From: an uncultured bacterium
GTDB lineage: Bacteria > Krumholzibacteriota > Krumholzibacteriia > LZORAL124-64-63
Reading direction: 5' to 3'
Assembly (NCBI GenBank): GCA_963727525.1
Contig: CAVSGO010000007.1
Coordinates: forward strand, 1,440,001-1,504,000
DNA: 64,000 nucleotides
The notes beneath the pieces are model-generated. The model was not told the DNA's origin. It did not search any database and was given only the letters and a program-made list of their open reading frames with translations. The position numbers and the translations under genes are program-made. Each line of letters opens with the position of its first letter. Within the stretch, counting starts at the first letter, position 1. Shown piece by piece: positions 1 to 10,114 of this stretch.

Positions 1-2
1 AC

Positions 3-176
3 GAGGTGGGCGACTACCTGCATGCCATCCTGGCCGCCGGTGCCACCCGCGACTGGAACCAGCTCCTGGTCGAGGCCACCGGCGAGCCGCTCAACGCCAA
101 CGCCTTGCTCGACTACTTCGCACCGTTGCAGTCGTGGCTGCAGGAGCAGAACAAGGGGCGCAAGGTCGGGTGGTGA
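3..176 (+). CDS. M2 family peptidyl-dipeptidase (ACE-like), C-terminal end; 5' partial
   Basis: Frame from position 3 reads ...LAAGATRDWNQLLVEATGEPLNANALLDYFAPLQSWLQEQNKGRKVGW*, the typical bacterial ACE-like C-terminus (LLDYFxPL..WL..QN). Confidence 0.85.
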   Translation, partial: EVGDYLHAILAAGATRDWNQLLVEATGEPLNANALLDYFAPLQSWLQEQNKGRKVGW

Positions 177-414
177 ACCCGCGCGCCATGGGCGCGACGG
201 CGCCCGAGTCCACAGCCCCAACCCGATGGCACGTACCGCGAGTACCACGTCATCGCGTCCTCGATTCTCGGGCCGGATCTCCAGACACCGCTTCCTGACC
301 TGCACACCTATCTCGCCCAGGGCGTCACCCCTCGAGCCTGCTGCGTCTCGCCACGGCGCCACGCTCGCCGGGATCCTGAATTTTCCCGCAACATTTCGTG
401 GCGTGATCCGTCAT

Positions 415-440
415 GGTGCATTAGTGTCGTAATGCACTAA
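415..440. promoter_or_regulatory. Palindromic operator, probable binding site of the downstream YtrA-type GntR regulator
   Basis: GTGCATTA (416-423) N6 TAATGCAC (430-437) perfect inverted repeat about 70 bp upstream of the GntR gene. Confidence 0.65.
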
Positions 441-509
441 GGCTCATGGGACACGGGACGCGCCCGGATCACGCGACCCATCCTGACCGCGTCGGGAGGA
501 TATGCAACG

Positions 510-905
510 ATGCTCTTCGTGGTGGATCCACATAGCGGCGTGCCCATCTTCCGGCAGCTCATGGACCAGGTGAAACTGGGCATCGCCGCGGGCAATCTCC
601 GCGGCGGCGACGCGTTGCCATCGATCCGCAGCCTGGCCGTACCCCTGGGAGTGAATCCGATGACCATCAGCAAGGCGTACAACCTGCTTGAGCGCGAGGG
701 CGTGCTCGAGCGCCGCCCCGGACTGCCCCTCGTCGTGTCCGCGGGCGTCGAAAACCAGCTCCAGGCACGGCGCCTCGAGCAGCTCGAGGCCCGACTGCGT
801 CCGGCCGCCGTGCTGGCGCGCAAGCTGGCCATACCGACCGATGACGCCGTGGCCCTGCTGCGCAAGCTTCTCGGTCCCCGGCCCGCCGACGAGACGAAGG
901 AGTGA
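510..905 (+). CDS. GntR family (YtrA subfamily) transcriptional regulator
   Basis: PIFRQL...GDALPSIRSLAVPLGVNPMTISKAYNLLEREG wHTH, short C-terminus, first gene of an ABC operon. Confidence 0.95.
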   Translation: MLFVVDPHSGVPIFRQLMDQVKLGIAAGNLRGGDALPSIRSLAVPLGVNPMTISKAYNLLEREGVLERRPGLPLVVSAGVENQLQARRLEQLEARLRPAAVLARKLAIPTDDAVALLRKLLGPRPADETKE

Positions 906-909
906 CCCG

Positions 910-1803
910 ATGGCGATCCTCGAGATGCGCGACATCCGGCGCGGATATCAGCGTGGCGCGCCCGTCCTGGACGGGATCGACCTCACGATAGAGGAGGGCG
1001 AGGTCGTGGGCCTGCTCGGACGCAACGGTGCCGGCAAGACCACCCTCCTGCGCGTGGCCTTGGGCATGCTGGCCCCCCAGCATGGCGAGGTCCGCGTCTT
1101 CGGCTGCGACCCGCGCACCGACCCTCTCGCGGTGAAACGCCGTGTGGGTTACGTGAGTGAGGACCAGGTGCTGCCCGGGTTCCTGCGCGTCGACGAAACC
1201 CTCGCCCTGCACCGCCGCCTCTTCCCCGACTGGGACGATGACCTTGCCCACTCCCTCGCCGCGCGTTTCAAGATGGATGGCCGCGCGCGCGTCAAGTCGC
1301 TGAGCAAGGGTCAGGCAAGGCAGGTGGCGCTCCTGTGCGCCGTCGCGCACCGGCCACCGCTGTTGCTGCTCGACGAGCCGGCCGGCGGCCTCGACCCCGC
1401 CACGCGGCGCGAGTTCCTGGAGACGGCGATCCAGCTCCTGGGCGAATCGGGTTCCACCATCGTCTTCTCCTCGCACCACATGAACGACGTCGAGCGCATG
1501 GCCAGCCGCCTGGTGATGCTGCACGACGGTCAGAAATGGATCGACAGCGCCCTGGACGACGTGCGCGAGGGCTACTGTCTCGCCCTGGTGCCGCGGACGG
1601 CGGGCATCTCGTCGCAGCGCCTGCTCGGCGTGCCGGCCTGCCTCTCGGCGCGCGAACGCGATGACGCCGTGCGCGCCGTCTTCGCACTCACCCCCGACAT
1701 CTGCGAGCGTACGCTTGCACACGAACTGGGTACGGGCGACGTGCGCTGCGTGGCCTTGCCGCTCGAGGAGATGTTCATCGAGCTGGTGGGAGGAAAGCCA
1801 TGA
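910..1803 (+). CDS. ABC transporter ATP-binding protein (YtrB-like)
   Basis: Walker A GRNGAGKTT, signature LSKGQ, Walker B LLLDEP, SSH switch; ATG at 910. Confidence 0.95.
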   Translation: MAILEMRDIRRGYQRGAPVLDGIDLTIEEGEVVGLLGRNGAGKTTLLRVALGMLAPQHGEVRVFGCDPRTDPLAVKRRVGYVSEDQVLPGFLRVDETLALHRRLFPDWDDDLAHSLAARFKMDGRARVKSLSKGQARQVALLCAVAHRPPLLLLDEPAGGLDPATRREFLETAIQLLGESGSTIVFSSHHMNDVERMASRLVMLHDGQKWIDSALDDVREGYCLALVPRTAGISSQRLLGVPACLSARERDDAVRAVFALTPDICERTLAHELGTGDVRCVALPLEEMFIELVGGKP

Positions 1804-3233
1804 TCGCCACGCTCGCTCGACATGACGACGCGTACCGCTATCTGCCGAAGTGGATCGCCATCATGGTATTTCTCGCCACGACGTGGCTGGGGCTGGCGAC
1901 GGCCCTTGGCGATCGGATCGAACCCTGGCTGCTCGTGGCGCTCTGCTGGCTCGGCCCCGCCAGCCACCTGGCCCTGACCAGCCGCCTCGAACGCAGCCGC
2001 GACGTGTGGCTCGCGCTGCCGATCCCCGGCCGCTCGCTGTGGGCGGCGCACGGCCTGGCGCTGCTCCTGGCCAGCGGCGCCGTGCTGGGAGCGATCCTCG
2101 TGGCAGCCTTCGGCAGCGTGATCCTGGTCGGGTCGCTCAGTGCCGAGCTCGCGAGTCGTTTCGCCCCGATCGTGCGCCTGCTGGCCGTCGCAAGCCTGCA
2201 CATGGTCGCCATGTGGCTGCTGGCTATCGCGGTGATGCAGGCCCGGCGCCCGCAGCTTGCCGGCCCGACCGTGGCGACGCGCCATGACCTCGTGTTCGCC
2301 GGCGGTCTCGTGGTGATCACGACCGCCTCCATAGTGGGCCTCGGACACTGGGGACGAGCCGCCGCGCTGCTCCCCGTGGTCCTCGCCATCGCCATCACGA
2401 CGGCGACGTGGCGGCGGATCCCCGGGGCGCTGCTGGTCGCCCCCACCGGGCTCGCGCCTGAGGATCACGGTGGCGGTCGTCGTGATATCACCGCGCCGGA
2501 CACGCGCGCCACCGTGGGCATCCCGTGGTGGCGTCTCGTATTCATCGTGCTGCGCACCACGGCCAAGAACCCGTTCATGTTCGTCCTCGCCTACCCGATC
2601 CTCGCCTGCCTCGGTCTGCTGCTCGGCGGCGGCGGCCCGGCGCGCCCGCTGGAGAGTTTCCATGGCTACTTCATCGCCGCCATCACCGCCTACACCCTCT
2701 TCGCGATGACGGTGGCCGCGCTGCAGCGGTCTGCTCGCTTCGACCACCTGCCGCTATCGCGCCGACGATTGCTCGGCATCCTGCTTCTCCCCCAGGTGGC
2801 ATGCCTCGTGCTGGGCAGCGCGACGGGGGCCGCAATCGGCGCCTGGCGCGGATCGCTCGCTGCGCCGGCCGCCTCGCCGATTCTCGCGACCCTGCTCACA
2901 GGCAGCCTCTTCCTGATCGCGCTGGGTATCTACCTGGGCTGGCTGCGCGCGGCGGTCGGCGATCGCCGACGCGGCCTCGTGTTCACCACCATCCTCATGG
3001 TGTTGCTCGCACTCCACATCGCCCCATACGCGACGGTGTTGACGCACACCGTCCACGCCGACCGGATATCCACGTTTCTGCAGATCCTCACGACTGAGGT
3101 GGTGGCAGCGGTGCCGGGAGGCACACTGTTTCTTGCCGCCGCGACCGTGGTCATCCTTGGCCTGCTGCTGCGCTGGGTAGTGGCGCGTCTCGAGCGGGCG
3201 GAACTACCGTGGACCGAGGGATGCGGTTTCTGA
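1800..3233 (+). CDS. Multi-pass membrane protein, probable ABC permease
   Basis: Many hydrophobic segments; ATGA overlap with the ATPase stop. Confidence 0.75.
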   Translation: MIATLARHDDAYRYLPKWIAIMVFLATTWLGLATALGDRIEPWLLVALCWLGPASHLALTSRLERSRDVWLALPIPGRSLWAAHGLALLLASGAVLGAILVAAFGSVILVGSLSAELASRFAPIVRLLAVASLHMVAMWLLAIAVMQARRPQLAGPTVATRHDLVFAGGLVVITTASIVGLGHWGRAAALLPVVLAIAITTATWRRIPGALLVAPTGLAPEDHGGGRRDITAPDTRATVGIPWWRLVFIVLRTTAKNPFMFVLAYPILACLGLLLGGGGPARPLESFHGYFIAAITAYTLFAMTVAALQRSARFDHLPLSRRRLLGILLLPQVACLVLGSATGAAIGAWRGSLAAPAASPILATLLTGSLFLIALGIYLGWLRAAVGDRRRGLVFTTILMVLLALHIAPYATVLTHTVHADRISTFLQILTTEVVAAVPGGTLFLAAATVVILGLLLRWVVARLERAELPWTEGCGF

Positions 3234-3343
3234 TCGACAGGACATCCCGCAGCGACGAGGCCCCCCCGCGGAAACTGGAGGTGGCCCCCAAGGGAAGTCG
3301 TCCCGGCTGCGAACGTGGGCTAGACACGCGAAAGGAGACCGGC

Positions 3344-3502
3344 GTGGACGTCTTGCGCATTCTCATCGCCATCGTATTGCCGCCCCTTGGGGTCTTCCTG
3401 CAAGTGGGCATCGGCAAGCAATTCTGGATCAACGTCCTGCTGACGATCCTGGGCTATCTGCCGGGGATCATCCATGCGATCTGGGTGATCACCAGTCGCT
3501 GA
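3344..3502 (+). CDS. YqaE/Pmp3 family small membrane protein
   Basis: GTG after AAGGAG; MDVLRILIAIVLPPLGVFL...INVLLTILGYLPGIIHAIWVI. Confidence 0.95.
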   Translation: MDVLRILIAIVLPPLGVFLQVGIGKQFWINVLLTILGYLPGIIHAIWVITSR

Positions 3503-3720
3503 GCGGGGTCATGGGTCCATGGACCTCGTGCGCCAGCGCCGGGCTCGCACGGAACACAAGTCCCACGCGCTGGAGTCGGCGTACGACGGCGGCGATCGGG
3601 AGGAATGTCGCGCCGAATCGCCACGCGGCCGACCACCACACCTTCCTGCCACGCAACGTCACGGCCGCTGCATGATCACGACCGTGACGAGCGCCGCGGC
3701 CAGTTCGAGGAAACCCCACG

Positions 3721-4572
3721 TCAGGCGCGTGGGTACCGGCTTGTTGTCGCCAGCGCGTGGATCTGCTCACCCGACGTGTAGTCGAACGTGGATCCGTGCC
3801 GGCTGTGGGGGATCATGAAGACGGCGAAGGTCACCACCGTCGCCGCCACCGCCCACCAGCGTCCAGTGGCCGGAGCCCGGCGCAGACGCCACACCGCGAG
3901 CAGCCACACCAGCACGGCGGCCGCCAGCTTGTTGTCCGTGAGATCCTCGCCCAGTGGCCAGCCGGCCCAGAACACGCCGAAGGCATACTTCTGCAGCAGC
4001 GGTCCGAGGATCAGCCCGCCGATCGCGAGGATCACGAGAGACTGGGTTGCCAGCGGCAGCAGGCGCGTTCCGCGCGCGAGCGCCTCGAGTCCCGTACGCA
4101 ACGACCAGAGCATGCCCAGGAACATCACCAGTATGTGCACCAGCAGCACGGCCAGCGGCACGGCACCCTTGAATCGCGCCACCGTGGCCTCGGTGGCCGG
4201 CACGTGCCTCGTGACGCCGCCTCCGGTGAGCGTGATGCGATACTCCACCTTGCTCGCCATCGCGTCCTGCTCCGGCAGCTCCCCCACGAGCCGATCGCCA
4301 TCGCGCCGTAGCACCACGATCTGCCAAGGTTCCTCTGTCGGAAAGCGACGCCACTGCGCCAAGCCCGCCACATCTCCCTCGCCAGACACCCGCACCGTGA
4401 TCGGCAACGCGCGCCCCACCGTCTGCGTGCGCAGCAGCTTCCCCGACGCCGTCACCCCTGCGAGCGTCTCACGAAACCGCACCGGATACGTGGGCCCCGT
4501 CACCCGCTGGTACACCCCCGACACCAGCGTTACCACCACCGCCACCACCCACAACACGACGCCACGCCTCAT
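3721..4572 (-). CDS. Hypothetical membrane protein (N-terminal TM, soluble domain, four C-terminal TMs)
   Basis: GGAGG before ATG 4572; QKYAFGVFWAGWPLGEDLTDNK loop between TM segments. Confidence 0.7.
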   Translation of the reverse strand: MRRGVVLWVVAVVVTLVSGVYQRVTGPTYPVRFRETLAGVTASGKLLRTQTVGRALPITVRVSGEGDVAGLAQWRRFPTEEPWQIVVLRRDGDRLVGELPEQDAMASKVEYRITLTGGGVTRHVPATEATVARFKGAVPLAVLLVHILVMFLGMLWSLRTGLEALARGTRLLPLATQSLVILAIGGLILGPLLQKYAFGVFWAGWPLGEDLTDNKLAAAVLVWLLAVWRLRRAPATGRWWAVAATVVTFAVFMIPHSRHGSTFDYTSGEQIHALATTSRYPRA

Positions 4573-4675
4573 CCCGCCTCCGTCTCTCATCACGAGGTGC
4601 AGACGTAGTCAGGTCCTGGCTCTCCCAACTCCGCAGCCGCGTAGCGGCGAGGACATCGGCGAGCCAGGCGCCTGG

Positions 4676-6586
4676 TCACGCCCCGTATTGCTTGATCGCG
4701 CGATCCAGCTTCGGCAGCAGCACGAAGATGAACGCCGCCACGGCGAGCGTCGCCATGGCCAGCGTGAAGAACATGCCGGCCGTCGGCGGCAGACCGCTGA
4801 TGAAGCCGCTGAGCTTGTTGCCCACGGCCGTGGCCAGGAACCAGCCGCCCATCATCAGGCCGACAAAGCGCTTGGGCGCCAGCTTGGTCACGAGCGACAG
4901 GCCCATCGGTGACAGGCATAGCTCGCCGAATGTGATGACGGCGTAGTACACGATGAGCCACGCCGCCGAGACTTTTATCGTGCCGTTGCCTCCCACCTTC
5001 GCCGACGCCGCCATGATCAACAGCGCGACCGTGGTGAGCAGCATGCCGATGAAGATCTTGCGCGCCGTCGACACCTCGTGCCCACGCGCCAGCATGCGGC
5101 CGAAGAACCACACCACCACCGGCGTGAGCAGCACCACGAAGATGGGGTTGAAGAGCGACGTGATCATCTCGGCGTTCACGAGGCCGAGGAACTTGCCGGG
5201 CGGTAGTCGCGAGTCGCCCGCCTGGTGAAAGACCTCGGCGTACATCTGGGGCGTCACGAGCATCGCCGGCACCACGGCACCATCCACGTCGGTCGTGAGC
5301 ACCACCTCATCCACGGGACTCGTCGTCTCCGGGTTGATCTGCACCGAGACCAGCGGCACGCCATGCGCATCCTGCCCCTCTGATAGCTCGACATTGGCGT
5401 CGGGATAGACCTTGCAGGCCAGGAAGCTCCAGTCGGCCGGAACGGCGCTGTCATCCGGTTGCCGCGCCGTGACGCCGGCCGTGCGCGTCACCTCGGCCAG
5501 ACCCGACTGGCTGAGCCTCCGGGCGCCGAACATCGCCTCGATGCGGGGATCGGTCTGCACGAGCTGGTGCTCGTCGGGCCGTGGCGTCGACGCCGCGGCG
5601 TTGACGAAGTAGCTGGGCATGGCCGGCTGCTCGTAAGGTCCGATCGCAAGAACAGGGACCTGGCGATCGGTATCGCGTTCGGCATAGATCGTCATCAGTC
5701 CGCCGGAGAGGTGCAGGATCATGAAGAACGTACCGCCGGCGATGAACACCGGGATGAGCGCCCCGAAGCCGGGCTTCTCCGCCGGCTTCGCCTTGACCCA
5801 GAGCATCAGGAAGTAGCCCATGATCGGGAGCATACCCACGAGGAACGCGAACGTGGTCTTGCCGATCGAGCCCTCGATGGCGCCCGAGCGACCGCCGAGC
5901 CAGTAGCCGATGGCGCCGAAAATGGCCGCCGGCAACAGGATGCGCAGACATACCTGGCCGAAGGTGATGTCTTCGGGATCGGGCTCGCTGCGGCGATCGG
6001 CACGTTCGAGCTTCTTCCAGTTGACCGAAAGCACCGTCACGCCGATCAGCAACCCCACGCCGGCGGCGACGAACGCCATGTTGAAGCTGAAGAGGTTGCG
6101 CAGGGGCGCCGAGAGCAGGGCGCTCACCGAGGCGCCGATGTTGATCCCCATGTAGAAGATGTTGAAGCCCGCGTCGCGCTTCGGGTCGCCGGGCGCGTAG
6201 AGGTTGCCGACCATGGCCGAGATGTTCGGCTTGAACAGGCCGTTGCCCAGACACAGCAGCGTGAGCCCCGCCTTCATGGTGACCACGCTTCGCACGCCGA
6301 GCAGGAAGAAACCGGAGGCCATGAGCAGACCGCCGATGAAGACCGAGCGCCGGAAGCCGATGAAGCGGTCGGCGATCATGCCGCCGATGAACGGCGTGAA
6401 GTACACGAAGGCCATGTAGGTTCCGTAGATCTCCACGGCCTGCTTGAGCGTCAGACCGAGCCCGCCGCGTTCGGTGTCGGTGGCGTAGAGCACGAGGATG
6501 CCGAGCATGAGGTAGAACGCCAGGCGTTCCCACATCTCGGTGAAGAAGAGCGGATAGAGACCGCGCGGGTGTCCTTTTTCGCTCAC
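4676..6586 (-). CDS. Proton-dependent oligopeptide (POT/PTR) MFS transporter
   Basis: HPRGL..LFFTEMWERLAFY (ExxER motif), GNGLFKPNIS, FYMGINIG, GELCLSPMGLS; GTG start after AAAGGA. Confidence 0.95.
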   Translation of the reverse strand: MSEKGHPRGLYPLFFTEMWERLAFYLMLGILVLYATDTERGGLGLTLKQAVEIYGTYMAFVYFTPFIGGMIADRFIGFRRSVFIGGLLMASGFFLLGVRSVVTMKAGLTLLCLGNGLFKPNISAMVGNLYAPGDPKRDAGFNIFYMGINIGASVSALLSAPLRNLFSFNMAFVAAGVGLLIGVTVLSVNWKKLERADRRSEPDPEDITFGQVCLRILLPAAIFGAIGYWLGGRSGAIEGSIGKTTFAFLVGMLPIMGYFLMLWVKAKPAEKPGFGALIPVFIAGGTFFMILHLSGGLMTIYAERDTDRQVPVLAIGPYEQPAMPSYFVNAAASTPRPDEHQLVQTDPRIEAMFGARRLSQSGLAEVTRTAGVTARQPDDSAVPADWSFLACKVYPDANVELSEGQDAHGVPLVSVQINPETTSPVDEVVLTTDVDGAVVPAMLVTPQMYAEVFHQAGDSRLPPGKFLGLVNAEMITSLFNPIFVVLLTPVVVWFFGRMLARGHEVSTARKIFIGMLLTTVALLIMAASAKVGGNGTIKVSAAWLIVYYAVITFGELCLSPMGLSLVTKLAPKRFVGLMMGGWFLATAVGNKLSGFISGLPPTAGMFFTLAMATLAVAAFIFVLLPKLDRAIKQYGA

Positions 6587-6829
6587 GGTGCCGTCCTTTG
6601 CATGGTGGGTGACGTGCTTCGCGGCAACCTTACACTCCGGTCGCCGGACCTGGCAAGCCCGGTAGCCAAGGGTGCATTTGAAACGAGTCGCGTCTGCCGG
6701 CTGGCGGCACATTCTGCCGGTCGCTGCGCGATCCACGCCCCTTCCGGCGCTCGGCGCGCCCAGCACGCCATCATGTCCTTATATTCAAATAACTTACACG
6801 ACACGATGCCGGCGCATCGCCTCCTGCCG

Positions 6830-6845
6830 TGGCACGCGACCTGCA
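6830..6845 (+). promoter_or_regulatory. Putative sigma-54 (-24/-12) promoter
   Basis: TGGCACGCGACCTGCA has GG-N10-GC spacing; AT-rich tract upstream at about 6777-6798. Confidence 0.55.
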
Positions 6846-6901
6846 AAGGCCGGAGCGCCGACGGAGCACGTCGGTCAGGAGGTTCCCCGCAGATCGTGAC
6901 G

Positions 6902-8602
6902 ATGCGACGCATCATCATTCTCGCCAGCAGCGGTCTGGCCGCAGTCGCCGCGGTCGTGGCCGTCGTGGCGCTGGTGACGCAGTCCCGCGCCGTGGCACCG
7001 CCCATGCAGCGCGCGGCCGAGCGGATCGCGCGCTTCGCAGCGCAAGAGGATCTCGCGCGGCGCTTGGGCGCCCTCGTGGACGAACCCGCGGCGTCGCCGC
7101 GTGATCTCACCTCTCTCGCGGTCGCGCGCGAAGCCGTGGCGCTGGTTCATGCAGTGGGAGCCAGTGCCGATCTCGATACCACGGGTGTCGGAGACACTGC
7201 CGGGCGCGTCCTCGACGGGCTCGCCGCCTGGCAGACCGCGCTGGGCGACGCGAGTGCGCTGGCGGGCGACATCGTACGCGCCAGCGATCTCGCCGCGGAC
7301 GCGTCAGCGCGGATCGGTGCCACGTTGCATGCCAGGTCGGCGGACGCACTCCAGGCCCAGCAAGCCGAGAACAGTCGCGAGGGGCGGGGCTACGCGGCGC
7401 GCGCTGCGGTCTCCGATTGCGTGGTGACGCTCATGGTTGCCGGCGATCGCCTGCAGCGCCTGGAGCACGCGCGCCTCGTGGCGATGACCACGGGCGATGC
7501 CGCGGCGCTCGTGGCGGTGCCAGCCGAGACGGCGTATCTGCGCGACCTGCTCGGACCCACACCTCCGGGTCTCGCCTCCGACCTCGCCCAGCTTGCCGAT
7601 GCGCTCGCCACGCTGCATCGCGATCTGGTGCGCGCCGCCCCGCTGGCCGCCGCGATCGCGCACGCGCGCGCATCCGTCCGCGTGGCGGCCGGCGACCTGA
7701 CCCGCGCTTGCGCCCACGATGCCGCGGCGCAGGTCGCCGCCGCGCAGATCGCGGGCCGCACGGGGAGGCGCGCCATCGCGCTGGCGCTGGCGCTCGCCCT
7801 GGCGGGCGCGATTGGACTCGTGAATTGGCTCGACCAGCGGGTCGCCATGCCCGCAGAGCGGGCCCATGCGGACCGGGAGGCCGGCGATGCTCGGTCGCAG
7901 ACACACCTGGCAGAGCTCGCCACCGCCCGTCACGAGATGGCAACGATCGCGCGGGCCGACACCCTCGGCTGGCAACGCGTGGCGACACTCCTCGAAGAAC
8001 TGTCCACGGCGGACGGTACCGTGGCCGGCATCGCCCACGACGCCACCCACGCCCTCACCCAGGGCAGCGGCGTGGCGCGGGCGCTCCCCGACGCCGCCGA
8101 TGCGCTGCGCCACGCAGTGGCCGGGGTCCGGTCGGCCGCCGCGCGGCAGTCCGACCTCATGGCCGAGATCCGCGCTCTGGCCGCCCGCACGAATGTGCTG
8201 GGCCTCAACGCGGCCATCGAGGCGGCCCGGTTCGACACGGACGGTGAGGGCATGACGGTGGTGGCCAGCGAGCTGCGCCAGGCCGGTCGTCAAGCCAACG
8301 CAGCCTTCGCCGGCTACTCGGCCGCCCTCGAGGCCGCGCAGGCGAGCGCCGCCGCGGCCGGGACCGCGGGCGATCGCGTCGCCAGCCTCGCGGCCGATCT
8401 CGAACGCCAGCTCAACGCGGCCGCCACCGGTCTGCCGGCTCTGCACCGGGCCGCGGCCACGGTGGCGGACACGGCCGATGCTTTGCGCGATACGGCGCGC
8501 GAACGCCGCGCCGTCGCCCGCACGGGCGCGACGGCGGGGCTGATCACCGGTCAAGCCGCGCCGGAACTGGCCGATAGGGCGAAGGTCGGGATGGCAGGGT
8601 AA
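6902..8602 (+). CDS. Methyl-accepting chemotaxis-like protein, degenerate
   Basis: Two TM segments; hairpin-tip-like motif IRALAARTNVLGLNAAIEAARFDTDGEGMTVVASELR. Confidence 0.65.
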   Translation: MRRIIILASSGLAAVAAVVAVVALVTQSRAVAPPMQRAAERIARFAAQEDLARRLGALVDEPAASPRDLTSLAVAREAVALVHAVGASADLDTTGVGDTAGRVLDGLAAWQTALGDASALAGDIVRASDLAADASARIGATLHARSADALQAQQAENSREGRGYAARAAVSDCVVTLMVAGDRLQRLEHARLVAMTTGDAAALVAVPAETAYLRDLLGPTPPGLASDLAQLADALATLHRDLVRAAPLAAAIAHARASVRVAAGDLTRACAHDAAAQVAAAQIAGRTGRRAIALALALALAGAIGLVNWLDQRVAMPAERAHADREAGDARSQTHLAELATARHEMATIARADTLGWQRVATLLEELSTADGTVAGIAHDATHALTQGSGVARALPDAADALRHAVAGVRSAAARQSDLMAEIRALAARTNVLGLNAAIEAARFDTDGEGMTVVASELRQAGRQANAAFAGYSAALEAAQASAAAAGTAGDRVASLAADLERQLNAAATGLPALHRAAATVADTADALRDTARERRAVARTGATAGLITGQAAPELADRAKVGMAG

Positions 8603-8637
8603 ACGCGGGCCGCGTGCGCCCGCGGGGAGTGGACGGG

Positions 8638-10101
8638 ATGACCGAGAACGTCACGCACGACGAAATGCTCGACGACACGACCGTCTCGACGCCGGCGCCG
8701 CCCCCGGTGCGCGTGCGCGTCTCACCGGACAAGCTGGCGGTGCTCGTCAGCCTGCCCGATCCCCACGAGGACCTCGAGGGCGCCGCCTCCCGCGTCATCG
8801 CCGCCATGATGTCCGACGACATTCCCGGCGCGACCGACACCGCCACCATGGCCGCGCTCATTGGCGAGGCCTGCGCACCCGGCGAGCACCTCGTCGACCA
8901 TCCGCTGATCTCCGGTACCGCGCCCGTGCAACCGCGCCACGGCAGCCTCGAGTGGACGGTCGACTTTTTTGCCGAGGGATTCGAGACCGACGAGGAGAAG
9001 GATCGCGTGAACTACCGCGAGCGCGCGGAGAACCGGGCCGTGACCGCCGACCAGGTGCTGGCGCGATTGTGGACCGCAGCCGATGGACAGGCGGGGATCG
9101 ACATCTTCGGCAACAAGATCGCCGTCGACAAGCCGCGCAAGGAGCGCTTGCGCGCCGGCAAGGGTGTACGCATCGAGCCCGAGAGCGACGCCTGCCAGCG
9201 TTTCGTCGCCGAGGTCAGTGGCCGCCTGCGCCTCACCGACGGCACCGCCTCCATCGACGAAGTCTACACGATCAAGGGCAACGTCAATCTGGCGACCGGC
9301 AACATCCACCACACCGGTACGGTGATCATCATGGGCGACATCGAGGCGGGGTGCCGCATCGAGGCCGATGGCGACGTGCTGGTGAAGGGACTCGTGGAGC
9401 CCAGCAACATCGTTTGCGGCGGCAGCCTGACGGTGAGCGGCGGCATCGTGGGCGATGCCGAGCATAGTCTGGACGTGAAAGGCACCGTCGAGGCACGCTA
9501 CCTCAACGAGGTGACGCTGCGCGCCGGCGGCGACCTGCGGGTGCAGAGCCAGATCGACCACTGCCAGGTCCGCACCCGCGGCCGCGTGCTCATCCCACAG
9601 GGGCGCATCGCCGGCGGCTCCGTACAGGCCTACAAGGGCATCGAGGTGGGTCACGCGGGCGCCGAAAGCTCGAGCGAGACGGTGCTCATCGCCGGCGTGG
9701 ACTGGCAGTTCGAGGAGCGTCTCGTCGAGCGCCGGCACCGGGTGACGCAGCTCCAGGACGCCCGCAAGAAGCTCATGGCGGCGCTGCAGCAGGCGGCGAG
9801 TCGCCTCGACAACCTCACACCGGCGGAGAAGCAGGTGCTCGAATCCCTGCGCACGAAGGTGCAACAGGTGGACGCGGTGCTGCAGCGCGAGTCGCAACAG
9901 CAGGTGGACGACGGGCAGCAGATCATCCGCGAAGCCGTGCGCGAGGTGATCATCCATCGATCCACCCACGCCGGCACCGTCTTCCAGCTCGGCACGTTTC
10001 GCGATCGCGCCTTGACCACGTTCGACAAGCCCCGACTCGTGGCCCTGCGTCAGAACAAGGTGCACATCCTGCCGCTCGGCGAGGAACCGATGGTATCCTG
10101 A
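8638..10101 (+). CDS. DUF342/FapA family protein
   Basis: VRVSPDKL N-terminus, G..P....G, GIDIFG, KGNVNLATGNI, beta-helix repeats, C-terminal coiled coil. Confidence 0.9.
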   Translation: MTENVTHDEMLDDTTVSTPAPPPVRVRVSPDKLAVLVSLPDPHEDLEGAASRVIAAMMSDDIPGATDTATMAALIGEACAPGEHLVDHPLISGTAPVQPRHGSLEWTVDFFAEGFETDEEKDRVNYRERAENRAVTADQVLARLWTAADGQAGIDIFGNKIAVDKPRKERLRAGKGVRIEPESDACQRFVAEVSGRLRLTDGTASIDEVYTIKGNVNLATGNIHHTGTVIIMGDIEAGCRIEADGDVLVKGLVEPSNIVCGGSLTVSGGIVGDAEHSLDVKGTVEARYLNEVTLRAGGDLRVQSQIDHCQVRTRGRVLIPQGRIAGGSVQAYKGIEVGHAGAESSSETVLIAGVDWQFEERLVERRHRVTQLQDARKKLMAALQQAASRLDNLTPAEKQVLESLRTKVQQVDAVLQRESQQQVDDGQQIIREAVREVIIHRSTHAGTVFQLGTFRDRALTTFDKPRLVALRQNKVHILPLGEEPMVS

Positions 10102-10114
10102 CACGGCCGACGCG

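Noticed and set aside
6777-6798. IHF site upstream of the sigma-54-like promoter
   Set aside because: AT-rich but does not match WATCAANNNNTTR well enough to call
5459-6901. N-terminal extension of the 1047-aa ORF 5459..8602
   Set aside because: Antisense to the POT transporter; the real gene most likely starts at ATG 6902 after the sigma-54-like motif
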